DNA of 64,000 nucleotides from Eledone cirrhosa (taxonomy: Eukaryota). The position numbers were made by a program, and so were the translations under genes. Below, piece by piece: positions 13,838-27,289 of the stretch. The notes beneath the pieces were generated by a model. That model saw nothing but the letters and a program-made list of their open reading frames with translations, made no database searches and was not told the DNA's origin. The stretch lies in the NCBI GenBank assembly GCA_964016885.1, contig OZ024745.1, forward strand, positions 39,680,001-39,744,000. The letters are read 5' to 3'. Positions within the stretch are counted from its first letter, which is position 1, and every line of letters starts with the position of its first letter.

Positions 13838-13847
<10 letters not shown>
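13423..13847. mobile_element. Fold-back element with ~130 bp inverted arms
   Basis: 13423-13551 is inverted relative to 13716-13847; right end runs into (TA)n; spacer has a duplicated gcaaagcgtggact. Confidence 0.75.
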
Positions 13848-13898
<51 letters not shown>

Positions 13899-14104
13899 GT
13901 ATAAAAATCAATACAATCGGTATTGGTTTAAAATCCTATGACTGAAGAGTGCTCGTCTTTAAAAGGCCTGGAAGGTGACAATCTCATAACGATGTAGAAT
14001 ATGCTGCGATCATTCCCTTGGGAGCTTTATAAGTATTGAAATTTCCCTTGGAAACAGAAAAGGTCATAGAAGTGAAGAGTGCTCTATGTAAGTATCAGAG
14101 CAAA

Positions 14105-14206
<102 letters not shown>

Positions 14207-15092
14207 TTTGGAAGTTACCTGCTTAGACTATTATACAGCTATGTACTCGATACTTTAGAAAGTAAAGTGAAGGTATTCTAAAGAGCTCAGCTAGGGGCAC
14301 TAATTATTTACTATATATAGTTGAAGTGATGGACTTAGCTTGTCGAAGCTAATACTATAGAATCTATATTATAGAGTATGTATTAGTCAATATATCGATA
14401 TTATAATTGTTCTTTTCATATTTTGAAACGATCATAAATTGATTAAATAAACGATTGGATCCCGTCCCTTTTTCCTCTTGTTCATCCTATATACTATAGT
14501 CTGAATATGGTGTTCTTTAGATGCTCAATAGAATAAAAATAGGATAACGTTCTCCCACAAATTTGTCCATGTTTTCATGAGATATTCCTATTCAAACTGC
14601 ATTGAGTCTTATCTGACAAAACTAATAGTTTATATGAACTAAACCACATGCAAACATTTATCGCATGAGACCAATACTTCTAAATATAAAAACGCAAATC
14701 CTTCAAGTTACAGCACCAATAATGAATCCAATTCACATAGACCTCCTCCTTTAATGTAAATAAGACTTCACTTATAACCGTACATGCAGGCTTATAAACA
14801 CTACATGATGAGAGTTAAGACTAGTTAGCAGGGAAACAATAAGAAATATAACTAAGGTCATAGGAATGCAATCCAACCACATTTGGAAAACATTAATACA
14901 GTAATTAAGTGTTTAACTCCCAGATGTTCAATAACGTAACAAGATCCACTCGGCTCCACTCTAATTGTTACATTGGTCTCTCCTTGTTTTCCTTTCTCTA
15001 CTCCGTTCTGTATCATTTCTAAAAGCCAAAACATCTGTCATATGTGTGTGTGTCTGTGTGTGTATGTGTGTCTATGTGTGTGTGAGTGTGTA

Positions 15093-15179
<87 letters not shown>

Positions 15180-15393
15180 ATGCATATATATATATATATA
15201 TAAAAGAAGTTAATATCCTCACAGGTACTAAATACCCCTGGAAATATATAGGGTGTCTATGATACAATGGTTGTTCAATGGTATTAATTTGACATACCAG
15301 AACTGTAAAATTGAGATAAGCGGAGCAAGCGAGATTCAAACAATTTTTTTAAATAAATTAAAACATATAATTTAAATATTTACCTATTCCAAT

Positions 15394-15476
15394 TGCTTTT
15401 ACCGAACGGTTCACTTCACAAAAGTTTGGAGATCCCTAGGGACTTCAAATAGAAAAGTTTAGATCATCAGAAAGCA
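15394..15476 (-). ncRNA. Hammerhead copy with GAAA to GAA deletion (probably inactive)
   Basis: Inverted copy of 15943-16030. Confidence 0.55.
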
Positions 15477-15942
15477 TTTTCCTTTCCTAGGACAAAAAGT
15501 CCCGGGAACGGCAAAATATATTGCCATCTGCCAGCTAGCACAGGATCGAATGGGGCCGAAAATGTGACCTATGCATGAATCAGCCCTTAGTAGAAGCGGA
15601 AGTAAACATAGACGTGTTGTCTATCTCGCCACTAAAAATAGCAGCTAAATAGAACAACAGATTTGTTCTCTACATAACGGAGTATATTAAAATAAGTTAA
15701 TATCCCCACAGGTACCAAGTACCCCTGGAAATATATAGGGTGTCTATGATACAATAGACACCCTATATATTTAGCTGCTATTTTTAGTGGCGAGATAGAC
15801 AACACGTCTATGTTTACTTCCGCTTCTACTAAGGGCTGGTTCATGCATAGGTCAAATTTTCGGCACCATTCGATCCTGTGCTAGCTGGCAGATGGTAATA
15901 TATTATGCCGTTCCCGGGACTTTTTGTCCTAGGATAGGAAAA

Positions 15943-16030
15943 TGCTTTCTGATGATCTAAACTTTTCTATTGGAAGTCCCGAGCGATCTCCAAACTTTTG
16001 TGAAGTGAAACCGTTCGTTCGGTAAAAGCA
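15943..16030 (+). ncRNA. Type I hammerhead ribozyme (canonical core)
   Basis: tgcttt-CTGATGA-...-GAAAC-cg-ttcgtt-cg-GTA-aaagca; 6 bp stem I, 4 bp stem III; base of stem II poorly paired. Confidence 0.75.
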
Positions 16031-16111
16031 ATCGGAATAGGTAAATATTTAAATTATATTTTTCTATTTATTTTAAAAAATGGTTTGAATCTTGCTTGCT
16101 CCGTTTATCTC

Positions 16112-16155
<44 letters not shown>

Positions 16156-16302
16156 TATTTTCCGTAGTGTTGTAATATAAATATTACACACAGTAGATGG
16201 ACAGGTCACGTAGAGTTTGCTCGACGGTTCCTGTTGTAGTTCCAAAAGTAATCCGGAGAAAAATAGAAGGATTTTAATGGATACAGTTTAGTTAAAAGGA
16301 AT

Positions 16303-16423
16303 TTATTGACACGTGTTTCTATAACAGTTACATAACCTGAAAACAGCTGCTATCTACAAAGTATTAGTCATGCAGACATTCAATATTTCAATGTTATTAT
16401 CAACTGTCATTTCATCGGAATAA
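16303..16423 (-). ncRNA. Hammerhead ribozyme, CCGAUGA core, long stem II
   Basis: ttatt-CCGATGA-aatgacagtt...aactgttata-GAAAC-acgt-GTC-aataa. Confidence 0.75.
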
Positions 16424-16938
16424 TTTTACTGAGGACCTGTTTGGTTTTTATAGAGAATATTAGGAGGGAGGGGTGAAGTTGTTAGAAGAATAGTTGAGGG
16501 AGTGGTTTTTTGATAGCAGTGAGAATGTTTGGTGGCAGTGAGTAATCAGATTCCCATCTGTTGTTTTGACATTTTTATAGAATATATTATTGGTTATTTT
16601 TCTAAATCTATAGAAGGATTAGAGATAGTATAGATATGCGTGGTTGGTTTTGTGTTTGCACTTAATTAACATTCAGACTTAAATTTTTCTTTCAAGTGTA
16701 CGTAACCTTTCGCCCATGCATTCACACACAAATATATATGCACACCTCTACAAAATACATATACTCACATACACATACTTACATGCTCATACTTACATAC
16801 ATATACACATGCATACATATATATATACACATATATACATGTACATACATACGCGTTCATGTGTATACATTTTCATACTCAATTTATCTTTATATACACA
16901 CGTATAGACACACACATATATACACACAGACTCCAGCC

Positions 16939-17011
<73 letters not shown>

Positions 17012-17286
17012 ACTTTAATACATGAATGCACTTACATCTAACTATACACATCAAACATATATATATATTTACTTATTTATATACATTTTCACATATATAT
17101 ACATACTTATGGTCGCTTTTAGACACATTCATTATAGCATATTTGCACCTATTCTCATCAGCATATCTTTCCATTATTAGTGTGGTAATTTAAGGTTATT
17201 AATATACATATATATGTTGAGAAGGGATTGTTTTTATATTTTTCTAACTAGATTGAGGTTTATATAGTTGGGGGGATGTCCCTCTT

Positions 17287-19390
17287 TTATGTAATATTCA
17301 GCTTGTAGTGGGAAAAAAGGGTTTTAGTTCGGTGACGGCAGAATAATGTTCGTTCAATTCTGTTATTCAGCAATTTTCTCTTGTGTGTGATTATGTAATA
17401 GATCTCAAGATTACACAATTTGCAGAAATTTTGGCTCCTGGAAAAGCTTTGGGTTTTAGCTAATTTCTCCCATTTTAGGGTAAACTTTTGATCGCTATCC
17501 CTGAGCGTCCAAGCTTTTTCTGCTAAAGTTGTTACATTTCTTTGGCTCTGGTGTTTTATTGAGTAAGAATGCCTATATAATCGAGATTTAAACGATGTTG
17601 CCGTTGATCCCACGTAATACCACTCGTTGCCTCCGGATTTAATGGTACACTTATAAATAATATTTTTTTCCAGGCAGTTATTGCCGAGGGGGCAGTTGTC
17701 AGGATAGGTGCAGTTACAGTTGTGTACGTTGGGTTTTCTCTGGAGTAGTATTGCGGACGAACTTAGGTGTGGTTTATTTATGTTCTGTAGTGTATTGTCT
17801 ACTGTTTTTTGTGTTCTTTGTTCTTAAGTTTTTAGTGTTTTCGTTTAACCTTCTAGTATTGATCTTTTTATGTGTTGTTCAAGGTTTAACGCTGTAGAGT
17901 ATGACAGTCTTATAGTGGTAGGGTTTAGGATTTTGTGGTATTTGTGTGATGTAGGAAAATGTCTCTTAATTATTTTAAAGAAGAGTACTGGTAAATTTGT
18001 ACTAATGGAACTATTGTATTCAGGGTTATACAATAAGTACTCTTTGCATCGCTTTCTATTAGTTTTGTTTGTTGGTTTACTGGTGTGTATACTATGGTAG
18101 TAGGTGTGGTTTGGTGTTGTGTTATTATATCTACCTATGTGGGATTTATTTTGGGTGTTTTGATTGTTCTCATCTATATACTCTATTTTGTTGAGGTAGC
18201 CTGCTTTACTAAGGGCGTTATCGTAGTACTCGGCGTGTTCCTTAAATACTTGTATGTTAGAAGATAGACCCGAGATTCTAAGGGAAATATTTTTAGGGAT
18301 AGATTTAATTATAGAGATGGGGTGGTTAGACCCAACATTTACGTACTTGAGATATTCATTCAATTTATGAAACGGTTTAATCAGACCAGAGTTTAAATTG
18401 AGTGTGACATCCAGGAAGTTAACTACTTTAAGGTTGTATTCATATGTTATAGTTAGTCCTATTTCGAGTAGTAGTTTTCTTATATCTTTGCGTAGTTTTT
18501 CTAGTTTTTGGTTATTTAGGTTTTTAACTAGGAGGAGAACATCGTCGCGGTATATTCCGCCGTGGAGATTGCTGAATTTTTCCTGGAGTCTAAAGGCGAT
18601 AAATAACCCCACAATATCAGTTATTTCCGCCGAATCGTTAGAGCCCATTGTTATGTCAAAGCTAGAGGGTCTATCTTTACGTACCCAATAACTGTTCTCA
18701 AATTTGACTATAGCTTTCCTAGCTTCTAATATAATCTTAATTTCATCGTTTGTTAGGTCGGATTTATCCTTAGCAAACTTAATGGCTCTATTCAAAGTTT
18801 CAGGTGATATCGATGAGTAATATTCGTCGATATTAAACTGGATAAACTTAGATTTATTCTTATTGCTAATGCTATTAAACCATCTTATTGCTTCTTGGGT
18901 CTTCCCCTAGAGTTTAATGTTAACCTTAGCCTTAATTTGGGGGATGATTCTATCTAAGATATAATTGCTTATTTTGCCTATATCTGATTTAGAGGGGCAG
19001 ATTAATCTAATTTTAGGGTCATTATCAAAGTTTACCTTATGGTCCTTAAGATTGAAGGTGGGTACCGCCGGTAAGAGTGGTCCTGTCCTATCTTCGACCC
19101 GAGATTTTTCACTATTTCGCATGCCTCATCATTGATGTGCTTAAGAGTTACTTCATTCGTTTTTCTATATTTTTTATGTAATTCTTTTCGAATGAAGTTG
19201 TTGTATGTAGTGCAGTCCATAGTATACAGGTTTGATGTTTTGTCCGCTTTTACTACAATTCCTTTGGTGTTTTTAAGGTCGTCCAGTAGTTTTTTAATAT
19301 CTTTCTGTAATTTGTTGTTGGCGTTACGTCCTTTGAATTTAATTTAATTTTAAGGATTAAGTCCATAAGGTCCTGCTCAAATGCATCTAA
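17287..19390 (-). pseudogene. Disrupted PLE reverse transcriptase and GIY-YIG endonuclease
   Basis: LKDHK..RLICPSKSDIGKIS, FIQFNI (catalytic D to N), MGSNDSAE, GIYRDD, CNCTYPDNC (CxCx5C), IIYKC..YYVGST..R..H; stop at 18907 and frameshifts. Confidence 0.9.
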
Positions 19391-19687
19391 TACAAGCTGA
19401 ATATTACATAAAAGAGGGACTCCCCCAACTATATAAACCTCAATCTAGTTAGAAAAATATAAAAACAATCTCTTCTCAACATATATATGTATATTAATAA
19501 CCTTAAATTACCACACTAATAATGGAAAGATACGGTGATGAGAATAGATGAAAATATGCTATAATGAATGTGTCTAAAAGCGACCATAAGTATGTATATA
19601 TATGTGTAAATGTATATAAATAAGTAAATATATGTATATGTTTGATTTGTATAGTTAGATGTAAGTGCATTCATGTATTAAAGTGTT

Positions 19688-19789
<102 letters not shown>

Positions 19790-20304
19790 GACTGGAGTCT
19801 GTGTGTATATATGTGTGTGTCTATACGTGTGTATATAAAGATAAGTTGAGTATGAAAATGTATACACATGAACGCGCATGTATGTACATGTATATATGTG
19901 TATATATATATGTATGCATGTGTATATGTATGTAAGTATGAGCATGTAAGTATGTGTATGTGAGTATATGTATTTTGTAGAGGTGTACATATATGTTTGT
20001 GTGTGAATGCGTGGGCGAAAGGATACGTACACTTGAAAGAAAAATTTAAGTCTGAATGTTAATTAAGTGCAAACACAAAACCAACCACGCATATCTTTAC
20101 TATCTCTAATCCTTCTATAGATTTAGAAAAATAACCAATAATATATTCTATAAAAATGTCAAAACAACAGATGGGAATCTAATTACTCACTGCCACCAAC
20201 AATTCTCACTGCTATCAAAAGACCACTCCCTCAACTATTCTTCTAACAACTTCACCCCTCCCTCCTAATATTCTCTATAAAAACCAAACAGGTCCTCAGT
20301 AAAA

Positions 20305-20425
20305 TTATTCCGATGAAATGACAGTTGATAATAACATTGAAATATTGAATGTCTGCATAACTAATACTTTGTAGATAGCAGCTGTTTTCAGGTTATGTAA
20401 CTGTTATACAAACACGTGTCAATAA
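20305..20425 (+). ncRNA. Hammerhead copy with GAAAC to CAAAC change (probably inactive)
   Basis: Inverted copy of 16303-16423. Confidence 0.6.
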
Positions 20426-20459
20426 ATTCCTTTTAACTAAACTGTATCCATTAAAATCC

Positions 20460-20510
<51 letters not shown>

Positions 20511-20545
20511 GAAGTTATAAATCCATTAACACACACAGACACACG

Positions 20546-20617
<72 letters not shown>

Positions 20618-20659
20618 CGTGTGTCTGTGTGTGTTAATGGATTTATAACTTCTTTTTAT

Positions 20660-21085
20660 TCATCATCTGCTTGTTCTTCTGACGGTCTTGTCAGAAGCAA
20701 CCGCCTCCAACTGATCTGGCTTGATCCCAGGCATGACCAGCCAAGCTCATCGATGTTAACACACCATCTTGCTCTGGCTCTATGGCTGGTTCTCCTGTCA
20801 GTTGGTGTTGCACGTAAAATCTTTTCAGCGTTTCTTTCCTTAGACATTCTAACCACATGCTTTTAGTAGCGGACCTGTGATCTCTCAACTCAGAGAAGTA
20901 GCGGCTCTACATGGATTGACTCTCTGATCTCAGAACTAGGCGCTATATCGAATGTTATTCCAAATACCCTTCGGAAGAACCCCGATCCGGCCGCTTGTTG
21001 TCACGATCATATTTGTTTGGTTATTAGCCAATATTCTTGACCATATGTAAGGTTTGGCACGATACCGAATTGAAGATAGCGTTTT
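20660..21085 (-). mobile_element. RTE-clade LINE 3' fragment
   Basis: HVVRMSKERNAEKILRATPTDRRTSHRARARW resembles the RTE C-terminal GHV.RM...RxRGRPxxRW motif. Confidence 0.7.
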
Positions 21086-21809
21086 TGCTATATATATACT
21101 TTCATCTCTTTGTTCTGATCAGCCTGTAACTGTAAAGAAGGAACACATATATGTATACTTATAAATATCCAATTAAACATACATGTATATATGCATATAG
21201 TCAAACATCTATGTGTACATATATATTAAATATATGTTTGTTTTTCTTCTAAGCATTCCCCAGACACGTATCGAATTCAAGCAATTCTCCTGTCTAATTA
21301 CGTGACAGTAAGATAAACGTATGCTCTATTGAAGGGAGAATAGGAGACGGGGGAATGAGCCGCTATACTGTTCAGGCAACATTTTGACGATCTCATAGGA
21401 ATGAAGGAACTGCGAAAGAGCTTTGCATTTCGTAAAGCTTTCTATCTAACCCTCTGGTGGTTTTGCTAATTTTTCTCTACTGACCGTAAACGTATGTGTA
21501 TGTAAACAGAAACATATAGTTATACAGACAGAAATCAGACATGACAGACGAGGATAAGAATTTAAAAGAGAGGTTGTAGAGGGAGAGAGAGGTTGGAGAG
21601 GGGAAAGTGAAAGTGAGAAGGACAGGGATAGACAGAAACTGAAGGACAGAGGGGGAGAGAGTGAATCGGTGTGATGGCGGCAGTAGTAATAGCTATCAAT
21701 GCTGCTGCTACTGTCTTTATTTCCTCTGTCGCTACTGCTGCTGCTACGGCTGCGTTGCTGATTATGCTTCAGTTGTGTTGTTACAGTAAAGGGTTGAACA
21801 CCCTGATTC

Positions 21810-21985
21810 GTGGCAAAGTGTTATGGGCCGTTTCGGTCTGAGTTCAATTACCGCCGAGGTTATCTTTGCCTTTCATCCTTACAGGGTGGATAAAATAACG
21901 CAAGTGTAGGACTGGGATCTATTTAATAGATTTTCCCCACCCCTAAATTGTTGGTCTTGTGCCTAAATCAGAAACCCTTATTGTT
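21810..21985 (+). mobile_element. tRNA-derived SINE (Nin/Deu-type core), diverged
   Basis: gagttcaa B-box plus tttgcctttcatccttacagggtggataaa core. Confidence 0.8.
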
Positions 21986-21999
21986 AACTTTGTTGTTTG

Positions 22000-23225
22000 G
22001 TCTGAGAAGACGTGAAAGTCGGAGCTCCGTTAGGTTTGTGAATATATATTATATAATTTTATTTTGCTGCAATTTTTTTCCTCGAAAGGTGACATTAAGA
22101 CAGGCATCTTTGCCTTGTGCAAAAGAGAGTACATAATATTTAGGCCTTCACCCCAATTCTTTCAACTTTAATTTTTGTATAATTTTGTTCTTCAAAAATA
22201 AAAAAAATAAAAACATGGGTCGATTACCCCCTGCCAAACTTGAGCCAGCTGTCACCTGACAGGCTCAATCGTTGAAAGGTAATAAACCATCACCACTACC
22301 ACCACCACCCCAACGCCACCACCATTATGAACAATGTGACTACTACATTCACAGCAGACAACAACAACTACAACAACAACAACGAGGAAGACACCAACAA
22401 CAGCAACAAAAAGTGTGAACAATGACACCACCAGCAACAGCAACAACGACAACAACAACGTGACATGCAACAATACCAGCAACAGCAACACAAAAAAGGA
22501 AAAAAATCTTAGATCAATCGAAAGATTTCAATCGAGTCAACCATCTCTAAATGGAAGGCGGCTGTCTTCGGTTCCGTCTCCGAGGCTGCATTTAAGCATT
22601 TCACAGTGGTATTTACGCAGTGGTCAAAGTTAATGGTCATCTTTCGGAATGGCTTCAGATCTCCCGAGAGTGTGCCCTCTCTTCTCCCTCCCTTCCGTAT
22701 GTATTGACTCTCGAGCTGATGTTGCGGAAACTGGAACTGTTGCAAGGCATCCTGGTCGAACAGGGATGAGGAAACGATTTGTCGGCATATGCAGATGACA
22801 TCAACTTGATGGTGATGAACACCTTGGAAATAAAGGTGCTTGGCAAATTCTTGGAGGAATATTAACGTTTAACGTGAGCAAAATTAAACCGCTCGGCACC
22901 TTGAGTGGTGAATGTGGCGAGAATGGTCCTTGGCAATGGACCTACTCTGAGCCTGCGCCTGGGGAGGGTTTGATTTGAGGAAGAGCAGGATGCCATTCCT
23001 GAGTGCCCTCGAAGCGTCGAGTTGTTCTGGAATTGTGGTGCACCTGGTTCGCCCCTAGGTTGTTCTACTCCTCTTGGGTAATTTGTATTGCTATATGTTT
23101 TCTGTTAATTGGTTTTGTTAATTTGCTTTTACTCGATTTCATTGTATACCTCCACTGTCCCTGTGTTTTAGTATTGTCTCCTATATGGCAATAAATAAAT
23201 AATAATAATTATTATTATTATTATT
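22000..23225 (+). mobile_element. Internally deleted Tx1/L1-like LINE remnant
   Basis: AAC-rich ORF1-like start, AYADDI motif near 22786, 3' UTR resembling 30590-30870, AATAAA and (TTA)n tail. Confidence 0.6.
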
Positions 23226-23232
23226 TCATTTA

Positions 23233-23460
23233 GCGCAGTGGATTGGCAGTATCGGTAGAGGGTCGGACACCATGCTTTGCCGCATAGAGTTATGGCCCTT
23301 TATGATCTGAGATCAAATCCCGCCGAGGTTAACTTTGCCTTTCATCCTTACGGGGTTGATAAAGTAAAGTACCAGTCACGCACTGGGGTCAATTTCATCG
23401 ACTGTCCCTCCACCCGAAATTGCTGGCCTTGTGCCTATATAAGAAACCATTATTATTATT
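23233..23460 (+). mobile_element. tRNA-derived SINE, full length
   Basis: A-box tggcagtatcgg, B-box-like gagatcaaatccc, core, (TTA)n tail. Confidence 0.9.
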
Positions 23461-23467
23461 TCATTTC

Positions 23468-23660
23468 GGGCGGTGAATTGGCAGTATCGGTAGAGGGTCG
23501 GACATTCTTCCCAGCATAGTTACGTCCCTTTACGATCTGAGTTCAAATCACGCCGAGGTTAACTTTGCCTTTCATCCTTACGAGGTCGATAAAATAAAGT
23601 ACCAGTAATGTACTGGGTAATTGCTGACCTTGTGCCAAAAGCAGAAACAATTATTATTAT
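23468..23660 (+). mobile_element. tRNA-derived SINE
   Basis: Same motifs; tandem with the previous copy. Confidence 0.9.
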
Positions 23661-24878
23661 TTCATTTATCTTGCTTCATGTTCAAACAAGTTATTATTAA
23701 GTCACAATCAGTGACCTCAAAAGAAAACAAGATACGCCATGTTCAATAAAGAAAACATACACACATACATGCATCTTTAGGTGTTTAGACTTGTGATGTA
23801 TTTATATTGACAGAATTTTCCCGAGCATATGGGCAGTTACCATTAGTACTATCTTTTGTATTTCTTCTATACGCGGGTTTCCTGTGATTTTGGGATAAGT
23901 AATCATTAGACCACTTAGGTATCATTCTTAGAGCACCATCAACCAAAATTGAGATGTGACCTTTTAGATGGGGCAGGTCAAAATGCTTACACATTACCCA
24001 AAATATGTATTGTGCAGCTGTGTCGCACCTGTTTAGGTATTCGGTTGGAGCTCTAGGACTGCACTTTGAAATTAAATTATCAATGGTCTCTTGTTGTTTT
24101 ATACATACATGGTATAATGGGTTGCATCCATTTTTTATGATATTGGTTTGACAATCGTTTGTTGGCAGTCACTGATCTTGTGCTGATACAATCAGTTCTT
24201 CAGTCTCCGATTTCAGTCCCGAGGATGCTAACCACTGATGGGTTAAAGTTTTGTCAACATCAGGATTGTTAGCTCTTTCTGGGTATTTTCCTTACAGAGG
24301 CTTTTCTTGCCATTTCTTAGCCAGTTTCTGTAGCAGTTCTTTCTTTGCAGGTACTTTTACCTGCTTTGCTTTTTCTGTGTTTTCCATTTCAGCAGTAAAT
24401 GGGACTTTGTGAAATGTGTAGTCCATTACTAATTCTTTGTGCATCTTTTGTAATTAACTATGATCTTTTGATGCTTTCGTGTTTCAAAACGAGTTTGATC
24501 ATCCAATGATGTGCTTCCCATAGATATGTAGATAATCCAATTGTTGCAGTTTTCAAAGCAATATCTAACTGGATTAATTCACGTTCTTCTTCTTTCCTAG
24601 GGAGATATATTCCATCTGTATCTGCCTTGGGGTGATGCATTCTGTGCATTGTTAAGAATTTTCTAATTTTTGTATCGAGCCTATGAATCTCTGTGCTTGA
24701 CCAGTTGATGGCATTGTAACTATAGGTTACTACTGGTATGGCAAGCGTGTTTATGGCATCTATCCTATTCTTTGCATTCAATTCCGTTCTTAAGATTGCT
24801 CTTACTCTGCGGTAACATTCTTCTTCATCATTTCCCTCATTGCTTGATTCCGTCTCCTTCACGAATCCATAGATATTT
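23661..24878 (-). mobile_element. R4/Dong-clade non-LTR retrotransposon 3' fragment
   Basis: RVRAILRTELNAKNRIDAINTLAIPVVTYS..HHPKAD..YLPRK; SSGLKSETEELI.AQDQ; ends in (TAA)n. Confidence 0.85.
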
Positions 24879-24947
24879 ATTATTATTGCCCCGATTAACC
24901 TTTTCCAATTTCATTTGAAAAGGAAAATTTATTATTTTTATTATTTA

Positions 24948-24978
<31 letters not shown>

Positions 24979-25379
24979 GGCGACCTACGTATTATCGTTT
25001 GTTGTTTTCAGTTGTTTGAAATTGCCATTTATGGAAAATTTGTGTTGTTAAGTGTTTATAATTTCACATATATTGTTTTCGGAAAAGGACACTCAAAAAG
25101 ATTGGGGCCTTGAGCCCAACATTGAAACTTTTATAATTATCAAACAAAAAATGTCTTGACAGACTTACTCACAAACTAACACCTCACACCAACACCACCA
25201 TTGTAAATATTACTATGTTTGCCAACACTAAAAATAAGGGCTGTAGCAATAATTTAAATTTGTCTCATGCAGACATTCATTTCCCGCCATTACCAAAAAC
25301 TGCAAGTGTTAAAGCCGCCACCCCACCATCACCACAGCGACAACAGAAACAAAAGAAAAAAATAATTATTATCTCGTGA

Positions 25380-26300
25380 GATCGGAATGCACTCTTCCAC
25401 ACCGAACACCACTGACGCCACCACCTCTACAACTGAAACTAAAAATAACAATAACAACAACAGCAACAACAACAATGAGAATAACAACAAAAACACCAAC
25501 ACCAACGGAAATGTGTCGTTTGCCCAAGCAGCCAAGAAATGCGAAACAATCGAATTAACTCAGGAGGAATTAAATGTAGCCAAAAGAATGGTAAAGAAAA
25601 AGATGGTACAGAGGCAGCCCCCATAACCCCCCCCCCACACACACACACACACGTAATTAAATGGAGCATCGGCGCCTATGCACAGTGTCTTATCGGACGA
25701 TTAACACAAAATCGCGCAGAGTAGAACGGGCATCCGAGTCCTAAATCCAAAAAGCTTTGGGACATGTGTGGGCGAAAAAAACCCACATCAGACGTAGGCA
25801 GAAATAGGGAACCGTGGACGTTTTCTTTGGAACACCACAGGAGAACACCCCATGGCCCCATTAAGAAGTGACGGCTTCACATTCGTCCCAAGCTATTGTT
25901 GCCATAGATTCGTGAAGATCCGGGTGACCCATGTTTCTCCGGCCATCGAAATTCCCTGGCTAATAGCTGCCGTCCTCGCCAGCATCGAGGCCAACACCAA
26001 AATAATTGAAATATCAAAAGAAAAGCAGGAGAACTGGTCCGGATCTGGGATGGAGCTTCTGATCCAAGCGGACCAAATAAGCACTGAGGAAATCCCAGAG
26101 GTGATAGGCCTCACTGACAGCAGGCACCTGACCGTAATCCTCGAGGGTAGAAGGCCTAGGTGTGTCGTTTGTGGTGAAGGAACCCACCTAAATGCTTTCT
26201 GCCATCAGGCTAAAAAGTTGAGGCCACCTCTCTTACCCACCCCAGTCACTCAACCATGAACACAACCAGCAGCAGAAATGGCAACAACAACTGTAGCAGC
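25380..26300 (+). pseudogene. LINE ORF1 remnant with CCHC zinc knuckle
   Basis: SFAQAAK motif; RRPRCVVCGEGTHLNAFC matches CX2CX4HX4C. Confidence 0.75.
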
Positions 26301-26814
26301 AACAACAGAAGCAACTGTAGCAGCAAAAACCCCAGCAACAGTATCAAAACCAACACCGCCACCACCCATCGCGCCATAACTAGCACCAGCGCCTCCATCA
26401 TCCACCACGCCACAACCAAAACCAACGCCTGTGGAGGATATTCCACTCCCCGACCTATCTCAACTGGAGACAGATTGTGACGACGATGAGTGGGAAACTG
26501 TATCAGGAAAAAAGAAATAAAGAAAAAGATCCCAAAAAAAAAAATCCGCTTCCTTCCAAAAATAAATACAGAGGGAAACAAATAAACTATCAAAACAGAA
26601 AATTAGGACAGCTATGCCGCCATCCACACCAGCATCACCAGCCCCATCCCCACAAACACCAACACCATCACCATCATTAATCCCAACACCACCATCACCA
26701 ACAACACAAAAGTCACCAAAAAGCGTAACAGAAACAAACCCACAACAAACACAAACAAAACAAAACAACCAAAACGATACACACTACACAGCATTAACTT
26801 TGAACAACAACCAA

Positions 26815-27005
26815 GGGTGGTAGCTTGGCAGTATCGGTAGAGGGTCGGACGCCATGCTTTCCAGCATAGTTACGTCCCTTTGCGGTCTGAGTTCAAATCC
26901 CACCGAGGTTAACTTTGCCTTTCATCCTTACGGGGTCGATAAAATAAAGTACCAGTAATGCACTGGGTAATTGATGGCCTTGTGCCAAAAGTAGAAACAA
27001 TTAAA
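26815..27005 (+). mobile_element. tRNA-derived SINE with 16 bp target-site duplication
   Basis: TSD tttgaacaacaaccaa at 26799-26814 and 27006-27021. Confidence 0.92.
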
Positions 27006-27289
27006 TTTGAACAACAACCAATTATTACACTACATCCAGCACAACACCAGCATCACAGTAAAAGACTACAGAACACCCCAAATGTTCACACCACCTCGAC
27101 ACATACAAATCACTCGCATCACACAGAAAACGTACACGACTCTAAAACAAAAATTCCCCAAAGACATCGGAGACTTCCGATAACCACCGTCCGCGAGGAT
27201 TTATAAGGACATCCTTCCGGGGGAGGCCACAAGCAGTGAAAAGGATGGACAAACCATCCTTTCTCTACGAGAATTAAGGTAAGTGGTCA

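Larger units (their letters stand above)
15202..16115. mobile_element. Composite fold-back element with ~340 bp arms (family E)
   Basis: 15309-15650 is inverted relative to 15769-16114; 15207-15267 is directly repeated at 15694-15755; (TA)n flanks. Confidence 0.85.

Noticed and set aside
23233-23330. tRNA gene
   Set aside because: The A/B boxes belong to the SINE head; there is no cloverleaf.
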